From positions 14,560 to 78,559 of the forward strand of contig CAZOMM010000001.1 in the NCBI GenBank assembly GCA_964581165.1: a DNA stretch of 64,000 nucleotides. Direction: 5' to 3'. The first letter of the stretch is position 1. Each line of letters begins with the position of its first letter. The notes beneath the pieces were generated by a model, which saw only the letters and a program-made list of their open reading frames with translations, was not told the DNA's origin and searched no databases. This document shows positions 37,600 through 46,745 of this stretch, in pieces. The stretch comes from an uncultured Coriobacteriaceae bacterium (lineage in GTDB: Bacteria; Actinomycetota; Coriobacteriia; Coriobacteriales; CADBOM01). A program made the translations under genes and the position numbers.

Positions 37600-39248
37600 T
37601 GAGTCCAAACATTAATTCGATAATCGATCCGGTAACTAGGATAGAGGGTCATCTTAGGATCGAGATGGAGGTTGAGAATGGTCAGGTCTCTAGGGCTTGG
37701 GGCGTAGGCGGGCTCTTCCGTGGCATGGAGCTTGTTCTAGAGGGACGAGAGCCAGAGGATGCCGCTTATATTTCACAGAGAATTTGCGGTGTTTGCCCTG
37801 TATCACATGCACACGCCTCCTGTTTTGCGGGCGAGCTTGCAATGGGAATTAATGAGCTTCCAAATGGAGCTCGAATTGTTAGAAACATTGTTGAAGCTGC
37901 TCAGCACCTGCACTCGGATATCCTGTGGTTCTACAATCTCACCGGTTTGGATTACGTAGATCCCACACATGCTTTAGAAGCCGATGTTGCCTCGGCTTAT
38001 GATCTTGCTTATGAAGCAGGTACGGGGATTTCGGATTTTGGTGCAGTTAAAGATCATCTTCAGGCCTTTGTCGACAATGGTCAGCTATCAATCTTTTCGG
38101 GGAATTGGTTCTCTCGCGATACTTATACCCTTCCGGCTGAGCTGGATCTTATTGGCACGGCGCATTATCTTGAGGCTTTGGAGTATCAAGCTATTGCGTC
38201 TGAGATCTCAGGAATTGTTGGCGGCAAAATGCCTCACATCATGTCTTCGCTGCCAGGTGGAACCACCTTTATACCCACAGATGATAATCTCGACGATATT
38301 CTTTTTAGAGCCAAAAAGGTTCGCGATTGGGTGTATTCAACTCTAATTCCTGATACCTATGCTATTGCGCCTTATTACGCTGATGCGCTTAGTTTTGGAA
38401 GGTCTCATGGCAACTATCTTGCCTGGGGAGTTTTTAACGACGAGACACAGTTGCCAGAGAATAGATATCTACCTGCGGGTATTTTGGATTCAGATGGCAA
38501 TTTGAGTTCTGTGGATGAGTCGCTTATAACTGAGTACACGGGACATTCGTTCTACTCGGATGCATCCACGCTCAATCCTAGAGAAGGCCAGACTCTTCCA
38601 GAGTATCCTTATTCGCCTAGCCTTGACGATAGATACACTTGGAATAAATGTCCGCATTACAATGGACTTCCTTATGAGGCAGGTCCGCTGTCTAGGATCT
38701 TGATTGCTTATCACAGTGGTGTAGAAGCTATTCAAACATCTGTAGATAGTGCTTTGCAGACTTTGGGCTTGGCCGGCAATCTCTCGGTTTTGGAGTCCAC
38801 TCTTGGTAGAGCTTTGGCTCGCAACCTTGAATGTGCATATATAGCCGATTTACTTGTTTCCTGGATTGAAGAGCTAATAGCTGCGCTTGCCGAGGGTGAG
38901 TCTAGCTTCTTTACAGAGGCTGCTACAACCTCTGGAGAGGGAGCTGGAATGTGGGAGGCTCCACGAGGGGCACTGTATCACTACATGAAGATCAATAATA
39001 GAAAGATCGAGAAGTATCAGATCATTATCCCCACTACTTGGAATCTGGCACCTAGGGATGCAGATGGCGAACCCGGTCCTATCGAGAAGGCTCTCGAAGG
39101 TGTTCCGGTAGACGATCTAGAGAAGCCAATTAATGCACTAAGAACTGTGCATAGCTTTGACCCTTGTGTTGCATGTGCGGTGCATATTAGTGAGCCAGCT
39201 ACAGGAAAGCATTTTGAAACTGTGTTAAACCCCTGGGGGGTGAGGTAA
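37599..39248 (+). CDS. [NiFe] hydrogenase large subunit
   Basis: N-terminal RIEGH and RICGVCPVSH, and C-terminal DPCVACAVH followed by a cleavable extension. The start overlaps the small-subunit stop (TGATGA). Confidence 0.92.
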   Translation: MSPNINSIIDPVTRIEGHLRIEMEVENGQVSRAWGVGGLFRGMELVLEGREPEDAAYISQRICGVCPVSHAHASCFAGELAMGINELPNGARIVRNIVEAAQHLHSDILWFYNLTGLDYVDPTHALEADVASAYDLAYEAGTGISDFGAVKDHLQAFVDNGQLSIFSGNWFSRDTYTLPAELDLIGTAHYLEALEYQAIASEISGIVGGKMPHIMSSLPGGTTFIPTDDNLDDILFRAKKVRDWVYSTLIPDTYAIAPYYADALSFGRSHGNYLAWGVFNDETQLPENRYLPAGILDSDGNLSSVDESLITEYTGHSFYSDASTLNPREGQTLPEYPYSPSLDDRYTWNKCPHYNGLPYEAGPLSRILIAYHSGVEAIQTSVDSALQTLGLAGNLSVLESTLGRALARNLECAYIADLLVSWIEELIAALAEGESSFFTEAATTSGEGAGMWEAPRGALYHYMKINNRKIEKYQIIIPTTWNLAPRDADGEPGPIEKALEGVPVDDLEKPINALRTVHSFDPCVACAVHISEPATGKHFETVLNPWGVR

Positions 39249-39250
39249 AA

Positions 39251-39985
39251 ATGGCGCATTTGGCACACTATAGAGAGGCCCATCCGCTCCCATTTGTGGT
39301 GTCGCATTGGATCAATCTTATCAGCATGATTTCGCTGATTATTACCGGCTTTTACATTCACTACCCCTTTATTCCAGGTTGGATGGGTGTAGCGCGGGGT
39401 GTTCATATCTTTTGTGGCGTTGTGCTTCTTCTCAATATGATCGTAAGAGTTATTCTTTCGTTTATTGTTAAGGATGCGCAGCGTGGTGGGACAAGAGAAG
39501 GTCTAGATCTTGATTACAAGAACTTCTTTCCCAGTAAGGCAAACAGGCATCAATTCTTCTCTTGGATAAAGTATTACCTGTTTATTAAAAAGGAGCATCC
39601 CAAGGGTTCAAAATATGGATCTCTGCAGAAGCTCTGCTACTTTTTGATTCCGTTTTTGATTCTAGCTTCTGCCTATTCGGGTTTTGCGTTGTGGGAGACC
39701 ACTTCCAGCTGGGCACTTTTTGCTTGGGGGACTAATCTTGTAGGCGGAGTGATGAACATGAGGATTATCCACTACTTTTTGATGTGGGTTTTCATCATCT
39801 TCATGATCATCCATATTTACCTGGCCAACATCGAGGGTACTGCCGCTACAAAGCTGATGTTTCTGCGTAAGGAGCACGGCGGTTTGGTTGTAGACCCAGA
39901 GACTGGCGATATTATTGGCGAAGATTTGAATCCCGAGACGTACACGCGCAGCAAAAATTCTCCTTATGACTGGCAAAAGTCTTAG
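39251..39985 (+). CDS. Ni/Fe-hydrogenase b-type cytochrome subunit
   Basis: Four TM helices with conserved His residues (HWINLISM..., HIFCG, HYFLMW..HIYL), directly after the large subunit. Confidence 0.85.
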   Translation: MAHLAHYREAHPLPFVVSHWINLISMISLIITGFYIHYPFIPGWMGVARGVHIFCGVVLLLNMIVRVILSFIVKDAQRGGTREGLDLDYKNFFPSKANRHQFFSWIKYYLFIKKEHPKGSKYGSLQKLCYFLIPFLILASAYSGFALWETTSSWALFAWGTNLVGGVMNMRIIHYFLMWVFIIFMIIHIYLANIEGTAATKLMFLRKEHGGLVVDPETGDIIGEDLNPETYTRSKNSPYDWQKS

Positions 39986-40168
39986 ATTTCTGTCTTGTCT
40001 GAGAGCTGTTGTTTGAGAGTTTTGTAGCAGCTGCAAAAGAAGGCCATAGTACAGGCCAATGTGTCTTTAGCTTGGAAATTTTGAAAGTGAAAGTGGAGTC
40101 CTGATTTGCAGTTAGGCTGTTAATGAGAGCTAAGATACTTTGTTGATGTGCTGACTCTTATAAAATTG

Positions 40169-40210
40169 AAATCAAAACCCGGTTGCAAGTTTGCTTCCGG
40201 GTTTTGATTT
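40169..40210. terminator. strong hairpin/terminator between cytochrome b and the maturation protease gene
   Basis: Perfect 14-bp arms AAATCAAAACCCGG (40169-40182) and CCGGGTTTTGATTT (40197-40210). The T-run is built into the 3' arm. Confidence 0.7.
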
Positions 40211-40329
40211 GAGTGGGGCAGTGTTAAGTGGAATAGTTTGTTTTGTGGAGCAAAGTACACCCAGCGGCTCCAAGCGTAGCCATTCAGTAATCGTGTCAAT
40301 TCTGATTTGGCATAGAGTTGTTCTAAGGA

Positions 40330-40869
40330 GTGGTCTTGCGAGATTCTCAGGACATAAAGAATGTTCACGTCATGTGTGTTGGCAACATTCTTTTAATGGA
40401 TGAGGGTGTAGGCCCACAGATTGCGCGAACTTTGCTCGATATGTATGAGTTTCCTAACAATGTCGAAGTTGCAGACTGCGCAACTTTGGGTCTTTCCTTG
40501 GTGGGAATTTTCAAAGATAGAGATCTTGTAATCTGTGTAGATGCAGTAGATGGTACAGGTTCAGCGCCAGGGACTGTTTTTACCTATCGTCCTGAGGATA
40601 TGGCTGCAAGAAGTGCTATGCCGTCGGCTCATGGTTTTACCTTGCTCGATGTAATAGATGCTGCCCGCATGCTTGGCTACGATGCCGAGGTTAGATGCGT
40701 TGGTATTCAGGTGGCTTGCATGAATCCTGCCGAGTATCACATAGGTTTAAGTCCTGAGGTTCAAGCTGCTGTAGAAAAGGCTGCTCAGACTGTGGTTTCG
40801 CTTTTGCTGGCGTATGGTGTTAGAGGGATTGTTGATCGAGCTGAGGGCAAAGAAGTAAAACTTCTATGA
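40330..40869 (+). CDS. hydrogenase maturation endopeptidase (HyaD/HybD family)
   Basis: VMCVGNILLMDEGVGPQIA motif. AAGGAG ends at 40330, so the TTG at 40336 is an equally plausible start. Confidence 0.85.
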   Translation: MVLRDSQDIKNVHVMCVGNILLMDEGVGPQIARTLLDMYEFPNNVEVADCATLGLSLVGIFKDRDLVICVDAVDGTGSAPGTVFTYRPEDMAARSAMPSAHGFTLLDVIDAARMLGYDAEVRCVGIQVACMNPAEYHIGLSPEVQAAVEKAAQTVVSLLLAYGVRGIVDRAEGKEVKLL

Positions 40870-40896
40870 GTAATTACTTTGGCAAAGTGGAGCAGC

Positions 40897-42333
40897 TTAA
40901 TAAGCTGGTGTTTCAAGAACAATCTCTGGTCTTGTTGGAGGGGATATAGGCTGAGTTTCGTTGCTGTTATTAGTGCTAGGGCGCAAAAGCGTAAAAGCTA
41001 GCACCACAGCTACTAATGCGACTGCCCCCAAGCCGACTGCGAGCAGGATTGTTTTACGATTTTGTGTTCTTGCGTGTTTTGTATCCGATTTATCTGAGAC
41101 TTTTTGTGCGAGCGAGTATCTGTTAAGCGAGTACCTGTTTGCGTCTTTATTCTTTAAGCGATGTTTTTCTTGTTTTTCTTGTTTTGAGTGTTTTGTTGAG
41201 CGCTTTGGGTGCTTCGAGTGCTCAGCCTGTTGATGTTTAGAGTCTGCTTGGTTGTTTGACTTATGAATAGCCTCGCTTATTTTTGTATTCGACTCTCTTA
41301 TTTCTAGCCTTAACCCGCGTAGTTGTTCTGCAAGTTTTGCGGCAGATTGGTATCTGTTGTGGGGTTCGAAGGCGCACATCTTACTAAGAATCTGGTTGAT
41401 TGTTTGCATTTGCTTTTTTGACAATCTGTGTTGCCTTGCATCTGTATGATCGAGCTGCGGCACCTCTCCGATTAAACGTTTGGCCATTTCAAAGCGAGGA
41501 TCTGCTCTTCTATTTATTCCAAGCATCTCAGAAAAAACGATGCCTAGTGCGTAGATGTCGGATCTAATATCAACTCTAGAACTATCAGTTAATTGCTCTG
41601 GTGGCATATACCTTGTTGTTCCAGCTAATTTTGTTGCCAACTCTGCATTTATAACGAGTCTGGTTTTAGCAATTCCCAGATCAATTAGTTTGGCTGTTCC
41701 ATCTTTAGTAATCATGATATTTGCAGGCTTGATATCTCTATGAGCTGTCACAGTGCCATCGCGATGCAAATAATCTAGAGCCGAGGCAATGCCGGCAGTG
41801 ATCTTTAAAGCTTCGTCAAGCTTAAGTCTAGGATTTGTCGCAGAATTTGGGGCATTGTGTAGCAAGGCATCAAGTGAGGGTCCATTTATAAATTCCATAA
41901 CTAGCAAGGGCAAATCTAAAAGGTTGCTCTTGTTTGTCTTGATAGAGCTGTTTGTTTTAAGCGTTCCGGTAGCTATTCCATAAACAATATTTGGATGGGA
42001 TATTCGACACAGCAAATGTGATTCACGTAAAAATCTCTCCATACTCGATGTGCCAAGTAACTCGGGGCGCAAAATTTTGACAGCTACCTTAGAGCCTTCA
42101 TAAATGCCTTGTCTAACCGAGCAGCTGGAACCGCAACCTATCTCCTCTTGAAGCAATAGTGGGCGGATCAGTCCTGTTTTGGGGTTGTAGATGCTGATAC
42201 CTCCACCGATGCTGCCGTCGCTGCCGTTGCTGCTGCTGATACCTCCACCGATCCTGTTATCGCCGCCGCCGCCGCTGCACCCTTCTTTTTCAAAATCTAA
42301 ATTGCTGTTGCAAATCGAGTTTTGTAAGTCCAT
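40897..42333 (-). CDS. Ser/Thr protein kinase with Gly-rich N-terminus, basic linker, single TM and short exoplasmic tail
   Basis: VAVKIL, HRDIKPANIMI, DLGIAK and RYMPPEQ motifs, with TM helix TILLAVGLGAVALVAVVLAFTLL. The likely start is the ATG at 42333 (GGGAGGA upstream); the ORF track extends to 42456. Confidence 0.85.
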   Translation of the reverse strand: MDLQNSICNSNLDFEKEGCSGGGGDNRIGGGISSSNGSDGSIGGGISIYNPKTGLIRPLLLQEEIGCGSSCSVRQGIYEGSKVAVKILRPELLGTSSMERFLRESHLLCRISHPNIVYGIATGTLKTNSSIKTNKSNLLDLPLLVMEFINGPSLDALLHNAPNSATNPRLKLDEALKITAGIASALDYLHRDGTVTAHRDIKPANIMITKDGTAKLIDLGIAKTRLVINAELATKLAGTTRYMPPEQLTDSSRVDIRSDIYALGIVFSEMLGINRRADPRFEMAKRLIGEVPQLDHTDARQHRLSKKQMQTINQILSKMCAFEPHNRYQSAAKLAEQLRGLRLEIRESNTKISEAIHKSNNQADSKHQQAEHSKHPKRSTKHSKQEKQEKHRLKNKDANRYSLNRYSLAQKVSDKSDTKHARTQNRKTILLAVGLGAVALVAVVLAFTLLRPSTNNSNETQPISPPTRPEIVLETPAY

Positions 42334-42377
42334 ACTTTTCCTCCCGAGGACCAGTCTGCCCGTAAGGGGAGCGGCCC

Positions 42378-43790
42378 ATGAAATACAGTAGAGCGCTTGC
42401 GATCCCGGTGGGGATTGCCCTGCTTGTATGTCTATCACTAAGTTCTTCCTGTTCATCCGAAGACGACCAAAACAAAATCCAAACCGAATCCAAACAGAGC
42501 CAAAATTCGAGTTCTCCTTCTAAATCTTCTTCGTCCTCTTCTATCGAGGCTTTGGTGGCAGAAGCAGTCAATGACTTTGCCATATGGTCTAGGGGAAGAT
42601 TGGCTGTAAGCACCGGGGACGAAGATGACGATCTGATGTTTGAGGTAGATCCAGAAACAGGCAAAACCAGGGCATGGGGATCATTGGAGGTTGACGGATC
42701 TGCATTATTTACCGGAAACGTGCGTAGTGGATCTTTGTCTACTTTGGGTAGAGTTTCGGCAGGTTCCTTACTGGCCGATGACATATCGGTTGCAGAGGCT
42801 GAGTTTTTGGCACTATCTACGGATTGGCTTGAATCGAGTTATGTAATTACGAATATCGTAAATTCTTCAAGTCTTAAAGCGGATGAGCTAAGTGCTAGCG
42901 ATGTGCAAACAGATAGGATTCAAGCAGGCAGTATTGCGGCAAACGGAGCCAAGATAGAAAGTCTTGGTGTATCAAATATTGTTACCACTGCTATAGAGTC
43001 TACAGATGCCAGTTTAGGATTGCTAAAAGCAGAGCTCGCGGCTCTAGATTCTCTGAATGCAAGCAATGCTTCTATAGCAGATATCTATGCCAGTTCATTG
43101 GCTGTATTTGATATCGGTAGCAAAAATGCCAGTATCAACATTCTTAACGTTTTAGATGCAGATATATCAAGCCTTGCGAGTTCGATTATCCAAAGTTCTC
43201 AGTTACTTACTGATACTCTAGCCACTATCAGTCTTAGCGCAAAAAACATCAGTGGCCAAAACCTAGAGATAACAGACAGCATTAGCGCCGAAAGCATTAG
43301 CGCCGACACCATTAACACCGATACTATTAGCGCTGATGCCATTAGTGTCGATGTTGTCGAAGCAGCCATAGCCACCATCGCAGGAACCCTAAAGACATAC
43401 TCACTCGAGGCGCAATCTATAACAGGTACTCTCTCAACTGTTGCGGTAGACAGCTCTTCGGCTGGAATTGTAGAAATACCCTCAGTTTATATTGAGATTA
43501 ACAATGAGCCAGTAGATCCAAATAATCCAACAGTGGGTAATGTCTTGATAGAGCCGGTAATTTCTTCAGTTGCCATCGAGGTTCCACAGTCAACAGACTT
43601 TGTCATTGCTTCTCTTCTCGGGACACCAAGCTCGTATGCTCCAAGCGTTTGGTCTTGTCCTGTCCAAGGAAATACATGGGAGATTTATGTCTCATATTCT
43701 GCCTATGATGTTGAAAGGATGTACGAGAATGGAGTGTTAGAAACGCCAAATAATACGATTGCTTGGCTTGCTGTCAATACTTCCTACTAA
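42378..43790 (+). CDS. secreted (possibly lipid-anchored) Ser-rich protein built from short degenerate repeats, unknown function
   Basis: N-terminal signal-like KYSRALAIPVGIALLVCLSLSSSC, a poly-Ser linker, then about 300 aa of S/A/I/L/D-rich periodic sequence (e.g. SISAESISADTINTDTISADAISVD). Confidence 0.6.
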   Translation: MKYSRALAIPVGIALLVCLSLSSSCSSEDDQNKIQTESKQSQNSSSPSKSSSSSSIEALVAEAVNDFAIWSRGRLAVSTGDEDDDLMFEVDPETGKTRAWGSLEVDGSALFTGNVRSGSLSTLGRVSAGSLLADDISVAEAEFLALSTDWLESSYVITNIVNSSSLKADELSASDVQTDRIQAGSIAANGAKIESLGVSNIVTTAIESTDASLGLLKAELAALDSLNASNASIADIYASSLAVFDIGSKNASINILNVLDADISSLASSIIQSSQLLTDTLATISLSAKNISGQNLEITDSISAESISADTINTDTISADAISVDVVEAAIATIAGTLKTYSLEAQSITGTLSTVAVDSSSAGIVEIPSVYIEINNEPVDPNNPTVGNVLIEPVISSVAIEVPQSTDFVIASLLGTPSSYAPSVWSCPVQGNTWEIYVSYSAYDVERMYENGVLETPNNTIAWLAVNTSY

Positions 43791-43901
43791 TTATTTTACC
43801 TCTCACTACGCATCCGTTCGCTTATTTGTGTGCATTTAATGAAGTAATAATGTCTATCATTCTGCACTTGTGAATTGGCGATAGAGATTCAAGGAGTGTG
43901 C

Positions 43902-44777
43902 ATGAACAACTTTAACTCCCCGGCTGAGATTTCACAGGTATCTATAGGCAATGCAATCGTAAAGACCTCGTATCCGCTTCCCAAGATGATTCTTCTGTCT
44001 ATTCTTGCTGGAATTTTCATTGCTATTGGCGCAGAGGCATCCAATCTTGCGATGCATCAGATTAGTAACGTTGGTCTTGCCAGATTAGTTGCCGGTTGCA
44101 TCTTCCCAGTAGGTCTGATTATGGTGGTTATGCTTGGAGCCGAGCTGTTTACTGGCAATTGTTTCATGACGCAAGCCCTGCTTGCTCGCAAGATTCGCTG
44201 TAGATTATGGATTAAGAGTTTGGTTGTTCTTTGGTTTGGTAATTTTGCAGGCTCTCTTTTGGTTGTTGGCTTGATTGCCTGTACAACTCAGTGGGGGTAT
44301 AGCTCTGATGGTCTAGGTGCTTTTACCATTAATGTTGCCCTAGGTAAGGTAAATCTCAGCTTCTCCCAAGCCTTTATCTCAGGAATTGGTTGTAACCTGC
44401 TTGTTTGCATCGCAGTTTTGCTTGCAACGGCAGCAAAGGATGTAATAGGAAAAATAGCAGGAATTTTTGTTGCAATTTCTGCATTTGTAATTTCTGGTTT
44501 TGAGCACTGTGTGGCAAATATGTACTACATTCCAGCGGGAATTATTGCCGCTGCTAATCCTGATTATGCCTTAGCTGCCCAGGAGATTTATGGGATTACC
44601 GTAGAGCAATTGGCCAACTTGTCAGCAGCTGGTTTGTTTGGAAATCTCTTGCCAGTAACCTTGGGTAATATTATTGGTGGGGCGTTGCTTGGGGTTATTT
44701 TCTTCTTCTGCTATGGGAGCAAGTCTAGGTTCTTTAATCCACAAAAACCTGCGGAGGCAAAGCCTGTAGAGGATTAG
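43902..44777 (+). CDS. formate/nitrite transporter (FNT) family channel
   Basis: Six-TM FNT pattern (LFTGNCF..., GFEHCVANMYYIP). AAGGAG lies upstream of the ATG at 43902. Confidence 0.85.
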   Translation: MNNFNSPAEISQVSIGNAIVKTSYPLPKMILLSILAGIFIAIGAEASNLAMHQISNVGLARLVAGCIFPVGLIMVVMLGAELFTGNCFMTQALLARKIRCRLWIKSLVVLWFGNFAGSLLVVGLIACTTQWGYSSDGLGAFTINVALGKVNLSFSQAFISGIGCNLLVCIAVLLATAAKDVIGKIAGIFVAISAFVISGFEHCVANMYYIPAGIIAAANPDYALAAQEIYGITVEQLANLSAAGLFGNLLPVTLGNIIGGALLGVIFFFCYGSKSRFFNPQKPAEAKPVED

Positions 44778-44832
44778 ATGACGCATTGTAGTTAAAGTTA
44801 GGTCATGTCGGCTCTTGGCAGTTTTGCTGGGG

Positions 44833-44940
44833 GCCGATTTTTTATAGGCGAACTTTTATAAGACCGAACTTTTATAAGACCGAACTTTTATAAGACCGAA
44901 CTTTTGGCCTATAGCATGAACTTCTATAAGACCAAATTTT
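44833..44940. repeat. 16-bp tandem array CGAACTTTTATAAGAC (3 perfect copies plus degenerate flanking copies)
   Basis: Perfect units at 44849-44864, 44865-44880 and 44881-44896, with degenerate copies on both sides. Confidence 0.9.
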
Positions 44941-45100
44941 TATGCCTTTTTATGGGACTTTTTGGCTTTTTGGGCTTTATGAGGCTTGAATTTTTGGCCC
45001 ATAGACCGAAATTGTTTTCGAGTAAAACCCTGGCAGTATAATTGCTTGTTTGAAAGCTAGGGAATTTTAGAGGAATTTTAGAGAGAAGGGTGATTTGATA

Positions 45101-45913
45101 ATGGCCGAAGAGAGCCAACAACATAAATACAACATTCCCAATCTCAAGGAGATGGATCGATATGCTCAGTTAAATTCTGAGAGTAAGGTCGGCAAGGTTA
45201 TTGGCGTTGTTAGTGGTAAAGGCGGTGTTGGAAAATCCTTGGTAACCTCCTTGCTTGCAAGCATGGCAGCCAAGAAAGGCATGAACACGGCCATTCTCGA
45301 CTCCGATATTACCGGCCCTTCCATTCCAAGAGTGTTTGGAATCAATGGGCATGTGAGTAGTGCAGGCGAGGGACACATACTTCCAGCAACAACAGAGGGC
45401 GGCATCAAAGTGATGTCTCTTAACCTGCTAGTTCGTAACGAGACCGATCCGGTTATTTGGCGTGGTCCTATCATTTCTGGAATTGTTACTCAGTTTTGGT
45501 CGGAGGTTGATTGGGGCGACATCCAAGTTATGTTTGTGGACATGCCTCCAGGAACAGGCGATGTAGCGCTAACGCTTTTCCAATCGCTGCCAATAGACGG
45601 ACTAGTTATTGTTTCGTCCCCACAGGAGCTTGTTGGCATGATTGTCGAAAAAGCAGTGAACATGGCTCGGCAGATGAATGTTCCTGTACTGGGCTTGGTG
45701 GAAAACATGAGTTACCTTACCTGTCCAGACTGTGGTAAGAAAATCAATCTTTTTGGCGAGAGTCATCTAAACGATATTGCAAGCAATCACGGTATTGTGA
45801 ATACCGCATCAATTCCGATGGATTCTAGACTTGCCGCTGCCTGCGATGCCGGCAAGATCGAGGATTTTGAGCAGGATTGGCTAAATGAGCTTTTCAATGC
45901 AATTGTGAAGTGA
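45101..45913 (+). CDS. Mrp/NBP35/ApbC-family Fe-S cluster carrier ATPase
   Basis: Deviant Walker A GKGGVGKS and the CPDCGKKINLFG motif. Confidence 0.85.
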   Translation: MAEESQQHKYNIPNLKEMDRYAQLNSESKVGKVIGVVSGKGGVGKSLVTSLLASMAAKKGMNTAILDSDITGPSIPRVFGINGHVSSAGEGHILPATTEGGIKVMSLNLLVRNETDPVIWRGPIISGIVTQFWSEVDWGDIQVMFVDMPPGTGDVALTLFQSLPIDGLVIVSSPQELVGMIVEKAVNMARQMNVPVLGLVENMSYLTCPDCGKKINLFGESHLNDIASNHGIVNTASIPMDSRLAAACDAGKIEDFEQDWLNELFNAIVK

Positions 45914-46045
45914 GTTTTGAACTCTATTTATGGGATGAATTACCAAAGAATGCTCGGTAAGTTTGGCAAGCGAAGGCTTGCACATAAAAGGGGAGTTGGT
46001 CGCTAGAGCTTGGGAAACTCTAGCGAAAGTGTGGAAGGAAGCAAC

Positions 46046-46666
46046 ATGAAGGTAATGCTAGTTAATGGTAGCCCTAATCCATCGGGATGTACCTTTACTG
46101 CCTTAAGCGAGGTAGCTAAGGCTCTTGAAAAAGAAGGAGTAGAGACTCAGATTTTTCAGGTTGGAAAACAGCCAATTGCTGGTTGTATAGCGTGCATGTC
46201 TTGCAGAAAGACCAACACATGCGTATTTGAAGACTCAGTTAATGATTTTGCCAAAGAAGCCCAGGGCGCTGACGGTTTTGTTTTTGGCTCTCCTGTTCAC
46301 TATGCTGCAGCTTCAGGTCACATTACTTCATTTATGGATAGAGCTTTCTATAGTGGAGGAATTGATTTTGCAGGCAAACCAGCAGCTGCTGTAGTGAGCT
46401 GCAGAAGGGGTGGAGCTAGTGCCGCTTACGATCAGCTCAACAAATACTTTGGTATAGCAGGAATGCTTGTGGTTGGTAGTCAGTACTGGAACTCAGTTCA
46501 CGGAAACACTCCAGATGAGGTCAGGCAAGATCTTGAGGGATTGCAGACCATGAGAACTCTGGGGAGAAACATGGCTTGGGCGCTTAAGTGTATTGGGGCT
46601 GGTCGCAATGCGGGTATTGAATATCCCGAGCGTGAACCTATGGAAAGAACAAATTTTATTCGCTAG
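46046..46666 (+). CDS. iron-sulfur flavoprotein (Isf-like, NADPH-dependent FMN reductase fold)
   Basis: MKVMLVNGSPNPSGCT flavodoxin-like start, with a compact CIACMSCRKTNTC motif (CX2CX2CX5C). Confidence 0.7.
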   Translation: MKVMLVNGSPNPSGCTFTALSEVAKALEKEGVETQIFQVGKQPIAGCIACMSCRKTNTCVFEDSVNDFAKEAQGADGFVFGSPVHYAAASGHITSFMDRAFYSGGIDFAGKPAAAVVSCRRGGASAAYDQLNKYFGIAGMLVVGSQYWNSVHGNTPDEVRQDLEGLQTMRTLGRNMAWALKCIGAGRNAGIEYPEREPMERTNFIR

Positions 46667-46675
46667 GGTTTGCTG

Positions 46676-46745
46676 GGCTTAGTTCGCTAAGGTTCGTCAG
46701 ATTTAGTTCGCCAGGCTTAGTTCGCCAGGCTTCGCTGAACTTAGA
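46676..46745. repeat. degenerate 13-14-bp tandem repeats (CTTAGTTCGCCAGG-like) between convergent genes
   Basis: The tract reads gcttagttcgctaagg, ttagttcgccagg, cttagttcgccagg, then cttcgctgaac. Confidence 0.8.

Noticed and set aside
39150-39248. Possible selenocysteine ([NiFeSe]) large subunit
   Set aside because: The C-terminal motif is DPCVACAVH with ordinary Cys codons and no in-frame TGA.
40120-40368. 82-aa minus-strand ORF between the cytochrome b and protease genes
   Set aside because: It spans the terminator hairpin and overlaps the protease gene start. It has no recognisable features.
44833-45000. CRISPR array
   Set aside because: The repeats are directly tandem with no unique spacers, the units are only 16 bp, and there are no cas genes in the window.
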